This document shows, piece by piece, positions 53,637 to 62,989 of a stretch of 64,000 bases of DNA; positions within the stretch are counted from its first letter, which is position 1, and every line of letters starts with the position of its first letter. Below the pieces are notes generated by a model. The model had not been told where the DNA came from, ran no database searches, and saw only the letters and a program-made list of their open reading frames with translations. The DNA is taken from contig CALUQN010000010.1 in the NCBI GenBank assembly GCA_944322945.1, positions 2,230 to 66,229 on the forward strand, given 5' to 3'. This stretch comes from Candidatus Gastranaerophilales bacterium. Its GTDB lineage: Bacteria; Cyanobacteriota; Vampirovibrionia; Gastranaerophilales; Gastranaerophilaceae. The position numbers and the translations under genes were made by a program.

Positions 53637-54617
53637 TTAGATAAATCCTTTCATTGTCAAATAAAAGATGGTCGCCGCAATCAAAGAACACAAAAGCGAA
53701 AATATTGAAAACACAACAACAATCTTTTTTTCGCTCCAATTGCAAAGCTCAAAATGGTGATGTATGGGAGACATTTTAAAAACGCGCTTGCCTGTCAACT
53801 TATAGCTCGTGACCTGAATAATGACAGAAAGTGTTTCAATAACAAACACAGCACCGAGAAATATCAGCAGGATTTCAAATTTACCCATCACCGCAAGAGT
53901 ACCAAGCAGACCGCCAATCGCAAGCGAGCCTGTGTCGCCCATGAACACCTGTGCCTTTGGCTTGTTGTACCTTAAAAATCCTACAAGTGCACCGGCAACT
54001 GCCGCAGATATAATAGCAACTTCAGGATATCCGGAAAACAGCGCAATAATTGAACATATCGCAAAAGGAAACATCCCTGTTGCTGCAGCTAATCCGTCAA
54101 GCCCGTCTGTCAGGTTATAAGCGTTTGAGGCGCCGGTTATTACAAATACTGCAAAGAACGGATAAAGCCACTTTAAATCAAGTTCATAGTGTCCGAAATT
54201 AACGATACTGCCGTTTGTGTAATTCATCATTACATACATTGCAGGCAAAAGTGCAATTGCAATTTGTCTTAATAGCTTGCCGCGCGGAGACAAGCCGTCG
54301 TTGCCTTTGCCTTTGAGCTTAATATAATCATCCTGAAATCCAGCAAGTGTATAAAACAGAAAAGTAATTAGTATGATAAAAGCGCTTGTTGTGAGCCTTT
54401 GCGCCAGCAATAAAACAACAATTGACGCAAGGATTGCCGCAGTAATAATAAACACTCCCCCGGTTGTTGGGGTACCTTGCTTCTTTGCGTGTGCTTCAGG
54501 TGCAACATCTTTTATATACTGTCCAATCATGTGCTTTTTTAGCCAGTCAATATACGGAACCCCGAATAACAGGCACAAAATTAAACCCAGTAAAAATGCC
54601 ACTGCTGCCATTATCAT
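53637..54617 (-). CDS. mraY: phospho-N-acetylmuramoyl-pentapeptide transferase
   Basis: GTPTTGG, NAYNLTDGLDGLA, MSPIHHHFE. Confidence 0.95.
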   Translation of the reverse strand: MIMAAVAFLLGLILCLLFGVPYIDWLKKHMIGQYIKDVAPEAHAKKQGTPTTGGVFIITAAILASIVVLLLAQRLTTSAFIILITFLFYTLAGFQDDYIKLKGKGNDGLSPRGKLLRQIAIALLPAMYVMMNYTNGSIVNFGHYELDLKWLYPFFAVFVITGASNAYNLTDGLDGLAAATGMFPFAICSIIALFSGYPEVAIISAAVAGALVGFLRYNKPKAQVFMGDTGSLAIGGLLGTLAVMGKFEILLIFLGAVFVIETLSVIIQVTSYKLTGKRVFKMSPIHHHFELCNWSEKKIVVVFSIFSLLCSLIAATIFYLTMKGFI

Positions 54618-55942
54618 AAGTTATTTTCTCCCTTTACCATATTTATTATTTCCTCAAACTTCATTGCTCTGGAAGCTTTCAAGAATATCGTAGTACCGAC
54701 ATTTACATTTTCAAGTATGTAACGGGCAGCTTCACAATTTGAGTTGAAATTTTTAACGTCAAATCCGTCTTTTTTAAGCTCTTCGCCTGTTTCTTCCGCC
54801 AGCGTCCCTACCGTGAGAAAGCTGGTTGTATGCGGCTTTGATGCTAAAAATTTGCCGACTTCCCTGTGCAGAGCAGTCTCCTGCTCACCGAGCTCGCCCA
54901 TATCCCCGAGAATAACAACGGAATCCGGATATAACTCCATAAACGTTGAAACAGAAGCCTTCATAGAATCAGGATTTGCATTGTAACTGTCGTTTATAAA
55001 TTTATACCCGTTAATCTCCTGTACTTCCCAGCGTTTTTCAATCGGATGATACTTCTTCAACCCTTCCGCAATCTCGTTGTGAGTCATACCCAGCTTGATA
55101 CCGGTTTCAATTGCAGCCAGAGAATTTTCCACATTATATTCACCCTCAACGTTTAGCTCATAAGCTTTGTCTTTATATGTAAATTTGGTATACCCGGGCT
55201 TTTGTGCAAGTATTTCAACATCAGAGAGAGTATAGTAAGTTGTGTCCCCCTTGTACTCATTAAATTTCTTTATTCTGTCTTGATTTAGTGTAATGAACGC
55301 GCCTTCGGGCTTTATATATTTTGTAAGTTCACATTTAGCTTTTGCAATATTATCAAGTGAGCCCAAAAGTCCGACATGAGCAGAACCGGCATTTGTGATA
55401 ATGCCAATATCAGGTTTTGCGTATTGTGCAATTTGCTCAATCTGTCCGGGACCTCTCATTCCCATTTCAACAATTAAAATCTCAGTGTCAGGCGGCATAG
55501 TGTTTACAGTTTCACAAAAACCGATTTCGTTATTGTGATTTGAGAAAGTTTTATGGGTTCTGAATTTTTCCGAAAGAACCGAATACAGCATCTCCTTGGT
55601 AGTTGTTTTGCCTGAACTGCCAGTGATACCTACAGTTACAACATTCTGCTTTTCAAGATAAAAGCCGCAGATGTCAAGATAAGCTTTCAGAGTATCTGCA
55701 ACCTTTATAATAATTGGAGAGTGTGCGTCTGATTTTGTTGTTAGGCATCCTGATGCACCAGCTTGGACAGCTTTATCAATAAAATTTTCACCGTCAAATT
55801 TGGCGCCTTTTAGCGGAATATAAATATCACCGTATTTTATATTTCTGGTATCGGTAGAAAACGTAAACTCTTTCTCTCCGGTTACGTTTTTTATTAATTC
55901 TCCCTTACAAGCCTCTAAAATTTCTTCTATGCTCAATTTCAT
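54614..55942 (-). CDS. murF: UDP-MurNAc-tripeptide--D-Ala-D-Ala ligase
   Basis: GITGSSGKTTTKEML, INDSYNANP. Confidence 0.9.
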   Translation of the reverse strand: MKLSIEEILEACKGELIKNVTGEKEFTFSTDTRNIKYGDIYIPLKGAKFDGENFIDKAVQAGASGCLTTKSDAHSPIIIKVADTLKAYLDICGFYLEKQNVVTVGITGSSGKTTTKEMLYSVLSEKFRTHKTFSNHNNEIGFCETVNTMPPDTEILIVEMGMRGPGQIEQIAQYAKPDIGIITNAGSAHVGLLGSLDNIAKAKCELTKYIKPEGAFITLNQDRIKKFNEYKGDTTYYTLSDVEILAQKPGYTKFTYKDKAYELNVEGEYNVENSLAAIETGIKLGMTHNEIAEGLKKYHPIEKRWEVQEINGYKFINDSYNANPDSMKASVSTFMELYPDSVVILGDMGELGEQETALHREVGKFLASKPHTTSFLTVGTLAEETGEELKKDGFDVKNFNSNCEAARYILENVNVGTTIFLKASRAMKFEEIINMVKGENNL

Positions 55943-56006
55943 AACACATTCTATGATACTCCAAAAAAATATTAGAATACATAAAGTTAATAAATATTAA
56001 TACTAC

Positions 56007-56035
56007 TTGACAGTTGATTTTGACTGGGTGATAAT
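56007..56035 (+). promoter_or_regulatory. rplU-rpmA promoter
   Basis: TTGACA-N17-GATAAT, about 90 nt upstream of rplU, leaving room for an L21-type leader. Confidence 0.55.
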
Positions 56036-56127
56036 GATTTTACGTGTATAGTAAAGGTAAATCGTTGATAAATACCCCGAGATGCCGAATTGACGGGTTA
56101 CGAGACCTAAAATGAAAGGAAATTAAG

Positions 56128-56478
56128 ATGTACGCAATTGTAGAAACTGGCGGAAAACAGTATCAAGTTGAAGAAGGACGTTATGTTGACGTCGAATTGT
56201 TAGACGGTGAACAAGATTCAAAAGTTATTTTTGATAAAGTCGTTATGATTGTTAACGGTAAAAAATCAAAAGTTGGACAACCTTATGTAGACGGCGCTTG
56301 CGCTGAAGGTTCTATCGTTAAACATGACAAAGCTAAAAAAGTTATCGTTTACAAACAAAGACCTAAAAAAGGTTACAGAAAAAAACAAGGTCACAGACAG
56401 GGCTTTACAAGAGTTATGATTTCTAAAATCAGAACTTCTGCCCAAAAGAAAGCTGCTGCTGATTCTGCAGAAGCATAA
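56128..56478 (+). CDS. rplU: 50S ribosomal protein L21
   Basis: [17 protein letters not shown] canonical L21, with a short Ala/Lys C-terminal extension. Confidence 0.95.
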   Translation: MYAIVETGGKQYQVEEGRYVDVELLDGEQDSKVIFDKVVMIVNGKKSKVGQPYVDGACAEGSIVKHDKAKKVIVYKQRPKKGYRKKQGHRQGFTRVMISKIRTSAQKKAAADSAEA

Positions 56479-56516
56479 GTATTAGTGATAGCAAATAATT
56501 ACAAGGAGATATAAAA

Positions 56517-56771
56517 ATGGCACATAAGAAAGGTATGGGATCTACCCGTAACGGTCGTGACTCCGAAGCGAAGCGCTTAGGCGTTAAGAAATTCGGCGGC
56601 GAAATGGTTACCTGCGGTAACATTCTTGTTCGTCAAAGAGGCACTAAAATTCACCCGGGCAACAATGTTGGCATCGGCAGTGATGACACTCTTTACGCTC
56701 TTATTGACGGTCAGGTTAAATTTGAATCTCACAGACGTGACAGAAAACAGGTTAGTGTTTACGCTGTGTAG
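56517..56771 (+). CDS. rpmA: 50S ribosomal protein L27
   Basis: [24 protein letters not shown] canonical L27. Confidence 0.97.
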   Translation: MAHKKGMGSTRNGRDSEAKRLGVKKFGGEMVTCGNILVRQRGTKIHPGNNVGIGSDDTLYALIDGQVKFESHRRDRKQVSVYAV

Positions 56772-56796
56772 TTAATTTAAAGTAAATAGTAATGAG

Positions 56797-56827
56797 AAAG
56801 ACCGGTGGGTTTACTGCCGGTCTTTTT
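56797..56827 (+). terminator. rho-independent terminator
   Basis: AAAGACCGG-loop-CCGGTCTTTTT. Confidence 0.7.
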
Positions 56828-56931
56828 GCATGTTAATTTTTGTAACTAAAAGTATATACGATTTTAAAGTTTTTGCTCCTCCGTGACGATAAATAATATG
56901 TAATCAGAAACTTATAAAGGAGAATTTATAT

Positions 56932-57087
56932 ATGCTTAAAAAGATTGTAACACCTTCGTGTAATGTATGCGACAGTGTGGAATTTATATTAAGAGGAGCG
57001 AGAAAACGCCGCTCTATGGCGATGGCTAACGCAAATATGATTAATGCGGATGCCGGTATTCAGGCGAGATTGGTAGCAGTTAAGTAA
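56932..57087 (+). CDS. candidate 51-aa basic small protein (below the ORF-track cutoff)
   Basis: MLKKIVTPSCNVCDSVEFILRGARKRRSMAMANANMINADAGIQARLVAVK. AAGGAG lies 9 nt upstream and a terminator follows. Confidence 0.4.
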   Translation: MLKKIVTPSCNVCDSVEFILRGARKRRSMAMANANMINADAGIQARLVAVK

Positions 57088-57130
57088 GTGGCTGTTATCT
57101 CGTGATTAAATAAGATAGTTGAGAGTAAGA

Positions 57131-57161
57131 AAAGACCGTCAGGATAATCCGGCGGTCTTTT
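57131..57161 (+). terminator. terminator hairpin
   Basis: AAGACCGTC-loop-GGCGGTCTTTT. Confidence 0.55.
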
Positions 57162-57249
57162 AATATTGCGATAATTATTTTTTGTTGTATAATAGCTTTG
57201 TGGATAATTTTATTATCAATTAAGATTTGTTAGTAGGGATGTTTTAAAT

Positions 57250-58116
57250 ATGACTATTCAAGATTGGTTTGAAAAACGTAAAGAGGCTCAAATTCAAAGA
57301 AGAGCTCTTGAAGCAAAAGTTGAAGTCGAGGGAAATCCTGACCTGTGGACAAAATGTGTTCACTGTGATTCACAGCTTCTTAAAAAAGATTTGGAAGATA
57401 ATGACATGGTTTGTCCAGTCTGTGATTATCATTTCAGGATAAATGCAACAAAAAGAATCAAGCAGCTCTTTGATGAAGGCTCTTTTGAAGAATTATTCAA
57501 GGATATCAAACCGACTGACCCGCTTGATTTTGTTGATACAGAGCCGTACAAAGAAAGATTGGAAAAAGCTCATGCTAAAACTAATCTTGATGAAGCCGTA
57601 ATCACCGGACTTGCATCAATTGAGGGTCATCGAATGGCTGCTGCTGTAATGGATTTTGACTATATGGGCGGTTCTATGGGCAGTGTAGTCGGAGAAAAAG
57701 TTACAAGATTGATTGAAAAAGCTATTGAATTAAAGCTCCCTGTACTTGCAATAACCTCCTCAGGCGGAGCAAGAATGCAGGAAAGCGCATTGAGCCTTAT
57801 GCAAATGGCAAAAACATCCTGCGCATGTTCAAGACTAGATGAAGCCGGGCTTTTGTATGTAAACTTGCTTACAGAACCTACTTTTGGCGGAGTTACAGCG
57901 AGCTTCGGAACCCTGGGCGACATTATTGTTGCGGAACAGGGTGCAAGAATAGGGTTTGCTGGCCGCAGAGTTATTGAACAAACTATCAGACAAAAACTTC
58001 CGTCTGATTTCCAGACAGCAGAATATTTGCTTAAATACGGTCAGGTAGATGTTGTTTCTTCCAGAAAAGACTTGAGAAAAACTCTCGCAAATATATTTGC
58101 TATGCATAATAATTAA
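57250..58116 (+). CDS. accD: acetyl-CoA carboxylase carboxyltransferase beta subunit
   Basis: Zn ribbon CVHCDS...CPVCDYH. MGGSMGSVVGEK. Confidence 0.93.
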   Translation: MTIQDWFEKRKEAQIQRRALEAKVEVEGNPDLWTKCVHCDSQLLKKDLEDNDMVCPVCDYHFRINATKRIKQLFDEGSFEELFKDIKPTDPLDFVDTEPYKERLEKAHAKTNLDEAVITGLASIEGHRMAAAVMDFDYMGGSMGSVVGEKVTRLIEKAIELKLPVLAITSSGGARMQESALSLMQMAKTSCACSRLDEAGLLYVNLLTEPTFGGVTASFGTLGDIIVAEQGARIGFAGRRVIEQTIRQKLPSDFQTAEYLLKYGQVDVVSSRKDLRKTLANIFAMHNN

Positions 58117-58126
58117 GAGGTACTAT

Positions 58127-59077
58127 ATGACAGTTTTGGATTTTGAAAAACCTATTATGGAAATTCAGGAAAAAATTGAAGAACTAAAGAAAATAAGTGC
58201 GGAGTCCGGTATGGATTTAAATAAAGAAATAGAAACATTTGAGCAGCAGGCTGACGATTACAAAAAAGAACTTTACGCAAATTTGAAACCGTCACAAAAG
58301 TTGCAGATAGCAAGACACCCTGAAAGACCAAACTTTTTGGACTATGTAAACCTCATGTGTACCGATTTTGTTGAACTTCACGGTGACCGTGAAGGTATGG
58401 ACGATAGAGCAATAATAGGCGGACTGGCAAAACTTGACGGACGTCCGGTCATGATTATCGGAACTATGAAAGGCAAGTCAACAAAAGAAAACCTTGAATA
58501 TAACTTTGGTATGCCTCAGCCTCAAGGGTACAGAAAAGCTTTAAGACTTTTTAAACACGCAAGCAAGTTCAAATTGCCAATCATCACAATTATTGACACA
58601 CCTGGCGCATACCCTGGTATTAGCGCAGAAGAAACGGGTCAAGGTGTTGCAATTGCAACAAACCTCAGAGATATGGCAAAATTGGAAGTGCCTGTAATTG
58701 CGATTATCTCAGGGGAAGGCTGCTCCGGAGGGGCACTAGGACTCGCTGTTGCAAACAGAGTTTATCTGCTTGAGCATGCTTATTACACGGTAATTTCGCC
58801 GGAAGGATGTGCCTCCATTCTGTTCCGTGATGCTTCAAAAGCCGCAGTTGCCGCAGATGCACTTAAAATTACAGCTCAGGATTTGCTGAAATTCAATATT
58901 ATTGACGGTGAAATCAAAGAACCTGTCGGCGGTGCACATAATGATTATGATCTGATGGCTCATAATATGAAGGAAACAATTTTATCTGCCCTTTCTGAAC
59001 TTGACAAAATGAGCCCGCAAGAACTTAAAAATGACAGATACGATAAATTCAGACACATGGGTGCATATCTGGAGTAG
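58127..59077 (+). CDS. accA: acetyl-CoA carboxylase carboxyltransferase alpha subunit
   Basis: LDFEKPI...IARHPERP...IDTPGAYPG...GEGCSGGA. Confidence 0.93.
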   Translation: MTVLDFEKPIMEIQEKIEELKKISAESGMDLNKEIETFEQQADDYKKELYANLKPSQKLQIARHPERPNFLDYVNLMCTDFVELHGDREGMDDRAIIGGLAKLDGRPVMIIGTMKGKSTKENLEYNFGMPQPQGYRKALRLFKHASKFKLPIITIIDTPGAYPGISAEETGQGVAIATNLRDMAKLEVPVIAIISGEGCSGGALGLAVANRVYLLEHAYYTVISPEGCASILFRDASKAAVAADALKITAQDLLKFNIIDGEIKEPVGGAHNDYDLMAHNMKETILSALSELDKMSPQELKNDRYDKFRHMGAYLE

Positions 59078-59082
59078 GTTTT

Positions 59083-60012
59083 ATGAACTCTTACTATGAA
59101 CTGCAAATCAAGATTAATCCTGCAATAGAGGATATTGTTTCTGATATTTGTTTTGAAAATCTTCCCTGTGAAGGGATTGTCCTTGCAGAGGAAGCTTACA
59201 AAGACCTGGAAATGATTTCAACAACAGAAGGCACATTAAGAGTTTTTCTCTCATCCGACGAAAATGATGCTGAACCTGTTACAGAAGATTGTGTAAAAAA
59301 ATTACTTTTTGAACAGAGAGAACTCCTCAAATCACGCGGTTTAAGCGATGAAGAGCTCGGCAGTTGGGAATTTTCTTTTGTTGAAAAAGAAAATGAGGAT
59401 TGGTCAAAAAAATGGAAAGAAAAATGGGATATCACCAGAGTATCTGATAAAATTGTAGTAGTGCCTGACTGGCTTGAATATACCCCGAACGATGGTGAAA
59501 TTGTAATACGCCTTGAGCCGGGGTGTGCATTCGGCACCGGAACTCATCAGACTACACAGTTATGCATGAAAGCTATTGAAAAATATATGCACTCAGATGC
59601 AAAAATGGCTGATATTGGTACAGGCAGCGGTATTTTAGCAATTTGTGCTGCAAAATTCGGCGCCTCATACGTTTACGGCTGTGATAACGATGAATCTGTT
59701 ATCGATGTTGCCCGTGAAAATGCTGTTAAAAATAATGTTCAATGTATTTTTGAATTGAATACTGCAGATAAAGTTAATGATACATTTGATTTTATTTGTG
59801 CAAATATTTTACACAATGTGCTCGCTGAAATTATGGGCGATTTAAAAAATCTTATGAATGCTGATGCTAAAATGGTACTGTCTGGTATTCTTGATGAAAA
59901 AAAACAGGTTGTACTGGATGCAATTAATAAAAATGGCTTAACTCTTATTGAAGAAATGCATCAAGACCAATGGGTTGCGCTGATTGTTAAAAATGAGGAG
60001 GCGTTTTATTGA
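59083..60012 (+). CDS. prmA: ribosomal protein L11 methyltransferase
   Basis: EPGCAFGTGTHQTT...ADIGTGSGILAI. Confidence 0.9.
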   Translation: MNSYYELQIKINPAIEDIVSDICFENLPCEGIVLAEEAYKDLEMISTTEGTLRVFLSSDENDAEPVTEDCVKKLLFEQRELLKSRGLSDEELGSWEFSFVEKENEDWSKKWKEKWDITRVSDKIVVVPDWLEYTPNDGEIVIRLEPGCAFGTGTHQTTQLCMKAIEKYMHSDAKMADIGTGSGILAICAAKFGASYVYGCDNDESVIDVARENAVKNNVQCIFELNTADKVNDTFDFICANILHNVLAEIMGDLKNLMNADAKMVLSGILDEKKQVVLDAINKNGLTLIEEMHQDQWVALIVKNEEAFY

Positions 60013-60434
60013 TATACGGCAAAGAATTTGAAATAGTTTTTTTACTAGTTTTTGCAGTCTTGTTTGGTTTAATAGCTTATTTGGTGTTCAACATATTAAA
60101 AGGTTCATTTAACGAAATATTTGATTGTGATTATTACGATGAAATTAAATCAAATTCAACTGCTGAACCTCTGAAAATATTTACAACTCGTATTTCCAGC
60201 ATAAACTGGCTCATTTATAGAGGTTTTTATGCTGATGTTGAAATTTATTCTGATTTTATAGTTTTTAAGATTTTTAACAGAGCTTTAGTTGTTAATGATT
60301 TTTCAAAATTAAAGTTAACCGGCAAATTTACCTCAACTTTAATTGTTAATTCTGGTAAAAATAAAATAAAACTTCCGTTAGGTATGGAAGAATATGAATA
60401 TATAAAGAAATTTTTGGAGGAACACAATGTCTAA
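60009..60434 (+). CDS. hypothetical membrane protein
   Basis: TTG start 7 nt after GAGGAGG. One N-terminal TM helix. Overlaps both neighbouring genes. Confidence 0.55.
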   Translation: MIYGKEFEIVFLLVFAVLFGLIAYLVFNILKGSFNEIFDCDYYDEIKSNSTAEPLKIFTTRISSINWLIYRGFYADVEIYSDFIVFKIFNRALVVNDFSKLKLTGKFTSTLIVNSGKNKIKLPLGMEEYEYIKKFLEEHNV

Positions 60435-61161
60435 AACAGCAATAATAATTCCGGCACGCTACGGCTCAAGCCGTTTGGAGGGCAAACCGCTTATAGAAGT
60501 CCTTGGAAAGCCGATAATACAATGGGTTTATGAAAAAGCGCAACAGTCTAAGCTTGCAGATATTATTATTGTCGCGACGGATGATGAAAGAATTTTTAAT
60601 ACCGTAACTTCTTTCGGAGGAAATGTCGAAATGACCTCAACTTCACATAAATGCGGCAGTGACAGAATCAGAGAAGTTGTTGACCGTCATCCTGAGATAT
60701 CTTATATTGTTAATTTACAGGGGGATGAACCTCTGATTACACCGGAAAGTATTGATGAAGTTATTAAAAACGTAAAAGATGATGCTGCCGCTGATATTTC
60801 AACTCTTGTTAGACCGTTGAACGACGAAAATGATATTAATAATCCTAATTTAGTCAAGTGCGTAAGAGATTTAAGCGGATTTGCGCTATTTTTTTCGCGC
60901 TCAAAAATTCCGTATGAAAGAAACTGCGGGATAGCTGAGTTCTGGGGGCACCTTGGAATTTACGGATACAAGCGTAATGCGCTTTTAAAAATGACGTCCC
61001 TTCCACAGTCTCCGCTTGAAAGGACTGAAAGCCTGGAACAACTTAGAGCGCTGGAAAACGGTATGAGAATAAAAACTTCGGTTGTTGACTTTGTTCCTGT
61101 CGGTATTGACACTGCTGATGATCTTGAAAAATTTAAAAGCATTGTTGCATCAAAACTGTGA
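60427..61161 (+). CDS. kdsB: 3-deoxy-manno-octulosonate cytidylyltransferase (CMP-KDO synthetase)
   Basis: AIIIPARYGSSRLEGKPL...VNLQGDEPL. Confidence 0.92.
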   Translation: MSKTAIIIPARYGSSRLEGKPLIEVLGKPIIQWVYEKAQQSKLADIIIVATDDERIFNTVTSFGGNVEMTSTSHKCGSDRIREVVDRHPEISYIVNLQGDEPLITPESIDEVIKNVKDDAAADISTLVRPLNDENDINNPNLVKCVRDLSGFALFFSRSKIPYERNCGIAEFWGHLGIYGYKRNALLKMTSLPQSPLERTESLEQLRALENGMRIKTSVVDFVPVGIDTADDLEKFKSIVASKL

Positions 61162-61186
61162 GTTTTAACATGTTTTTTTTGAGGGA

Positions 61187-61322
61187 CTTATATAGCAAAT
61201 GCCGCAGCTGCTATAAAAACTCTTCATTCTGAGTGCTGTAGGCGTAGGAATCTCTTTTATTTAGATGTTTAGTTAACGCTCAGTATGCAGACGCTTTGTT
61301 TTTTGACGGATTTTACTATATA
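61187..61322. repeat. MITE-like element, full copy C
   Basis: ACTTATATAGCAAATGCCGC...TTCATTCTGAG...AACGCTCAGTATGCAGACG...GACGGATTTTACTATATAA. Confidence 0.6.
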
Positions 61323-61492
61323 AATCTCTTTTCTGATAAATATATAGAATTTATCAGAAAAATGCTTGCAATTTTTGTTAAATTATATTAATATATCGTT
61401 ATAAATATTTAAGAAAATTAAGAAAAAGCAATATTTATTAATAAAAAATATTAGTGTTTGAATGTGATTAATTAAAATGTAAGGAAAAGACT

Positions 61493-62245
61493 ATGACAGA
61501 AAATGCAGAAATGACTACTACTGAAAATGAAGATCGTCAAAGAATTCTTTTAGCCGATGATGAAGCTTCAATCAGACGTATTCTAGAGACCAGATTAAAA
61601 ATGGCCGGTTATGATGTGTACACAGCTGCTGACGGTGAAGAAGCCGTTAATGCATTTAATAAATATAATCCTGATTTGGTTGTTTTGGATGTTATGATGC
61701 CAAAGATGGACGGTTATGGTGTAACAAGAGAAATCAGACGTACTGCTGATGTTCCGATTATTATCCTGACTGCATTGGGTGATGTTTCTGAAAGAATTAC
61801 AGGACTTGAGCTTGGTGCTGACGATTATGTAATTAAACCATTTTCTCCGAAAGAATTAGAAGCTCGTGTCAAGGCTGTATTAAGAAGAACAAATAACAGA
61901 GAAACGATTACACCGAGCGGCAAAGTTACCAAAAATGTAATAACAACAGGTAATATCAAAATTGATACAGCAAGACGTCAGGTATACAGAAAAAATGACA
62001 GAATTCGTTTAACCGGTATGGAATTTAGTCTTTTGGAACTGCTGGTTAATAATTCAGGGCAGGCATTTTCAAGAAACGAAATTCTCCAGCATGTTTGGGC
62101 TTATCCGCCTGATCACAGAATTGATACGCGTGTTGTTGACGTTCACATTTCAAGATTACGTTCAAAATTGGAATCAGACCCGGCAAATCCTGAATTAATC
62201 TTGACAGCTCGCGGTATTGGATATATGTTCCAGAGAATAAACTAA
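61493..62245 (+). CDS. rpaB: OmpR-family response regulator, RpaB/Ycf27 orthologue
   Basis: DDEASIRRILETRL...TAADGEEA...DLVVLDVMMPKMDGYGV...VPIIILTALGDVSERITGLELGADDYVIKPFSPKELEARV is nearly collinear with cyanobacterial RpaB as I recall it. Confidence 0.8.
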   Translation: MTENAEMTTTENEDRQRILLADDEASIRRILETRLKMAGYDVYTAADGEEAVNAFNKYNPDLVVLDVMMPKMDGYGVTREIRRTADVPIIILTALGDVSERITGLELGADDYVIKPFSPKELEARVKAVLRRTNNRETITPSGKVTKNVITTGNIKIDTARRQVYRKNDRIRLTGMEFSLLELLVNNSGQAFSRNEILQHVWAYPPDHRIDTRVVDVHISRLRSKLESDPANPELILTARGIGYMFQRIN

Positions 62246-62260
62246 ATCTCTAATAAAACA

Positions 62261-62305
62261 AAAAAATACTCCGTAATGGTGATATCACCTGCGGAGTATT
62301 TTTTT
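62261..62305 (+). terminator. rho-independent terminator
   Basis: AATACTCCG...CGGAGTATT followed by a T-run. Confidence 0.7.
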
Positions 62306-62449
62306 ACTTGTAAAATTGCAAATTTTAAATATACTACACAAAGGCTGTCATTTTGATGGCTTTAGCCCGAAGAATCTTTTTTATTTAGATACTTCGCTAA
62401 CGCTCAGTATGACGCTGTTTTGAAAATTTTAGCGGACTTTCTATGTAGT
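62306..62449. repeat. MITE-like element, copy D
   Basis: ACTTGTAAAATTGCAAAT...GTCATTTTGATGGCTTTAGCCCGAAGAATC...GATACTTCGCTAACGCTCAGTATGAC...GCGGACTTTCTATGTAGT. Its arms are exact or near reverse complements of the arms of copy A. Confidence 0.55.
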
Positions 62450-62505
62450 TTTAAAATAAATCTCTGGACAAAAAAAAATTATATGATAATATAGATTGTG
62501 TTGAT

Positions 62506-62582
62506 GGCGTCTGTCGTCAAGCGGTTAAGACCTCGGATTGTGGTTCCGATATGCATGGGTTCGAATCCCATCAGACGCCCCA
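62506..62582 (+). tRNA. tRNA-His (GUG) with encoded G-1 and CCA
   Basis: An extra 5' G, then acceptor GCGTCTG/CAGACGC. Anticodon loop TTGTGGT. T-loop TTCGAAT. 3' CCCA. Confidence 0.93.
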
Positions 62583-62585
62583 TTT

Positions 62586-62616
62586 AAAAAAGCTCGCAGT
62601 AAAGCGAGTTTTTTTG
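62586..62616 (+). terminator. rho-independent terminator after tRNA-His
   Basis: AAAAAAGCTCGC-loop-GCGAGTTTTTTT. Confidence 0.75.
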
Positions 62617-62670
62617 TGTCTGATGAGGGTGAATGTATTTTAATGGCCAGTTCGTTGTCTATAGAATAAA

Positions 62671-62904
62671 TTGTCGGTTGGGCATACTTGCCCAACAACT
62701 CTAAACATTAGCCGTCGGAAGTTCTGTGATGCATTGTTTTTGAACTGGACTGAACAGGACTTTATTAGGACTTGGATTTACAAATGATACTTTTAAATTA
62801 GCCTGATGCTTACTCAAATTTAAGAATTTTTACAGTCCAATTAATGTCCAATTTTATCGTTGGGCAGGTATGCCCAACCGACAGAACCCAACCGACAGAA
62901 CCCG
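62671..62904. repeat. inverted pair of GTTGGGCA..TGCCCAAC hairpins plus a 14-nt tandem duplication
   Basis: TTGTCGGTTGGGCATACTTGCCCAAC (62671..62697) versus GTTGGGCAGGTATGCCCAACCGACAG (62858..). CCCAACCGACAGAA occurs twice in tandem (62873..62900). Confidence 0.55.
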
Positions 62905-62989
62905 TTTAACGCCGCCGAACAAGACAATCCCATCCTCTCTGTTTTTTTGCAAAATAATTATAAACAGTTTTGATTTTCATAGAAAATTT

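Noticed and set aside
57199-57207. Perfect DnaA box TGTGGATAA upstream of accD, considered as a hint of oriC.
   Set aside because: Only a single box, with no cluster, no AT-rich unwinding element pattern, and no dnaA or dnaN adjacency. One 9-mer hit is not meaningful.
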